Positions 63,192-64,000 of a DNA stretch of 64,000 nucleotides are shown here, piece by piece. The stretch's first letter is position 1. Every line of letters starts with the position of its first letter. The position numbers and the translations under genes are program-made. This DNA comes from Syntrophorhabdales bacterium. Its GTDB lineage: Bacteria; Desulfobacterota; Syntrophorhabdia; Syntrophorhabdales; WCHB1-27. Location: positions 4,021 to 68,020 of the forward strand of contig DATFYE010000027.1 in the NCBI GenBank assembly GCA_035315185.1. Reading direction: 5' to 3'. The notes under the pieces are model-generated. The model was not told the origin of the DNA, searched no databases, and was given only the letters and a program-made list of their open reading frames with translations.

Positions 63192-64000
63192 TTGCTCGCT
63201 CCTGTGCTTCCTATTTCAATTACATTTCTCGGGCAGCTCGTGGCGCAGATGCTGCAGCCCTTGCAGTAATCCATTTTCACGGTATAACCTTTCTTGCCTG
63301 TCTTCACGAGAGAGATGTCAGGACAGAGCAGGAAGCAGAGATCGCAGTCGGTGCAGGTCCCGCACTTGAAGCAACGATTGATTTCGGCTGTCATCTGGGA
63401 CGGGTCAATGCCTTGCGCGACCTCCTTAAAGCCTTTTATACTTTGTTTCGGCGTTAGCGCATCAGAATCGTTCGTCCGTGTTCCATGAGAGAAACAGAGA
63501 GTGTTGATCTTCTCATAGGGAACGATTCTCTTCAAATCAACCGCGTACCCGTCGGGATCCATGAAGCTCTGAAAGGAGAACGAACGTCTATCGCCGATTT
63601 GATGGCTCTGGAATTCTTCCCCTACGTTTTTTCGTTCCAGGTAACAGTGAATTGCCAGAGCGCCCATCTTGCCACTGGCGATGGCGTCTGCCACAAATGC
63701 TCTTACCCCTGCGCTGTCTCCTCCGGCGAAGATCCCCTCGATGTTCGTGGCCGTGCTCTCGGGCGAAATCTCTATCACGCCTCTCCTGCTCAGCCGGAGC
63801 CCTAAGTCATTTAGGAACTTCACATCAGGAGCCTGTCCTATCGCTGCGATGACCGTGTCGAGCGGCACGACGAACTCAGATCGCGCGACGGGGGTCGGCT
63901 GGGGTCTACCGCTTTCGTCCGCGTCGCCGAGCGCCATGCGGAGGCATTCAATCCCTGAAAGACGGCCGCTTTCCGAAAGCAACCGTTTCGGTGAAGCCAG
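63188..64000 (-). CDS. FAD/NAD(P)H oxidoreductase domain (GltD-like) fused to a 2x[4Fe-4S] ferredoxin; N-terminus lies beyond the window
   Basis: GIFAGGDSAG (GltD-like C-terminal motif), then CFKCGTCTDCDLCFLLCP and CKGCSICATSCP. It overlaps OFOR-alpha by 4 nt. Confidence 0.7.
   Translation of the reverse strand: MASPKRLLSESGRLSGIECLRMALGDADESGRPQPTPVARSEFVVPLDTVIAAIGQAPDVKFLNDLGLRLSRRGVIEISPESTATNIEGIFAGGDSAGVRAFVADAIASGKMGALAIHCYLERKNVGEEFQSHQIGDRRSFSFQSFMDPDGYAVDLKRIVPYEKINTLCFSHGTRTNDSDALTPKQSIKGFKEVAQGIDPSQMTAEINRCFKCGTCTDCDLCFLLCPDISLVKTGKKGYTVKMDYCKGCSICATSCPRNVIEIGSTGASK

Overview
The window is densely coded and most genes are on the minus strand. Gene content suggests a strictly anaerobic, selenocysteine-using, hopanoid-producing bacterium, resembling syntrophic or metal-reducing Deltaproteobacteria; the taxon is inference only. 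Layout: (1) 1-8.1 kb, a translationally coupled hopanoid operon (hpnJ-hpnK-shc-hpnA-DUF116-hpnH-DUF422). (2) 8.3-24.7 kb, mixed envelope and redox genes: a DsbA-like protein with an in-frame TGA at its CxxC, an Fe-S aldo/keto reductase, a GT2, an octaheme HAO-like cytochrome, the TIGR04282/04283 transferase pair, FAH, HAD, a split DUF4124/ankyrin gene, small secreted proteins behind three sigma-54 promoters, and a decayed gene. (3) 24.7-39.5 kb, an anaerobic phenol-activation supercluster: archaeal-type ribK, ubiX, three UbiD paralogs, an 84-aa subunit, two tandem KdsC-like HAD proteins, a divergent LysR regulator, a possible LpdD-like protein, a Tm-1-like ATP-binding protein, a Trp-rich membrane protein, ppsB/ppsA-like phenylphosphate synthase genes and a 24-kDa tandem-domain protein. 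(4) 39.8-50.8 kb, ampG, DUF1460, a NagA-like gene, HAD, cupin, an FAD amine oxidase, an unannotated glutaredoxin-like ORF with TGA in its CxxC next to a TrxR-like reductase, DUF488 and TPR. (5) 50.8-64 kb, a TRAP/TAXI-rich catabolic locus with three DctP, one TAXI and one DctQM, a fourth UbiD, a LarA homolog, a GntR regulator and a 2-oxoacid:ferredoxin oxidoreductase. Three things are not explained by genes. First, a ~215-bp structured core repeat occurs three times, always just 5' of a minus-strand gene, and one copy has perfect 12-bp terminal inverted repeats plus a 10-bp direct duplication. Second, many intergenic spacers, and one coding segment, are built from phase-coherent degenerate heptanucleotide tandem arrays. 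Third, the two phenol operons share a paralogous divergent promoter cassette. No rRNA, tRNA, CRISPR array or transposase was seen.
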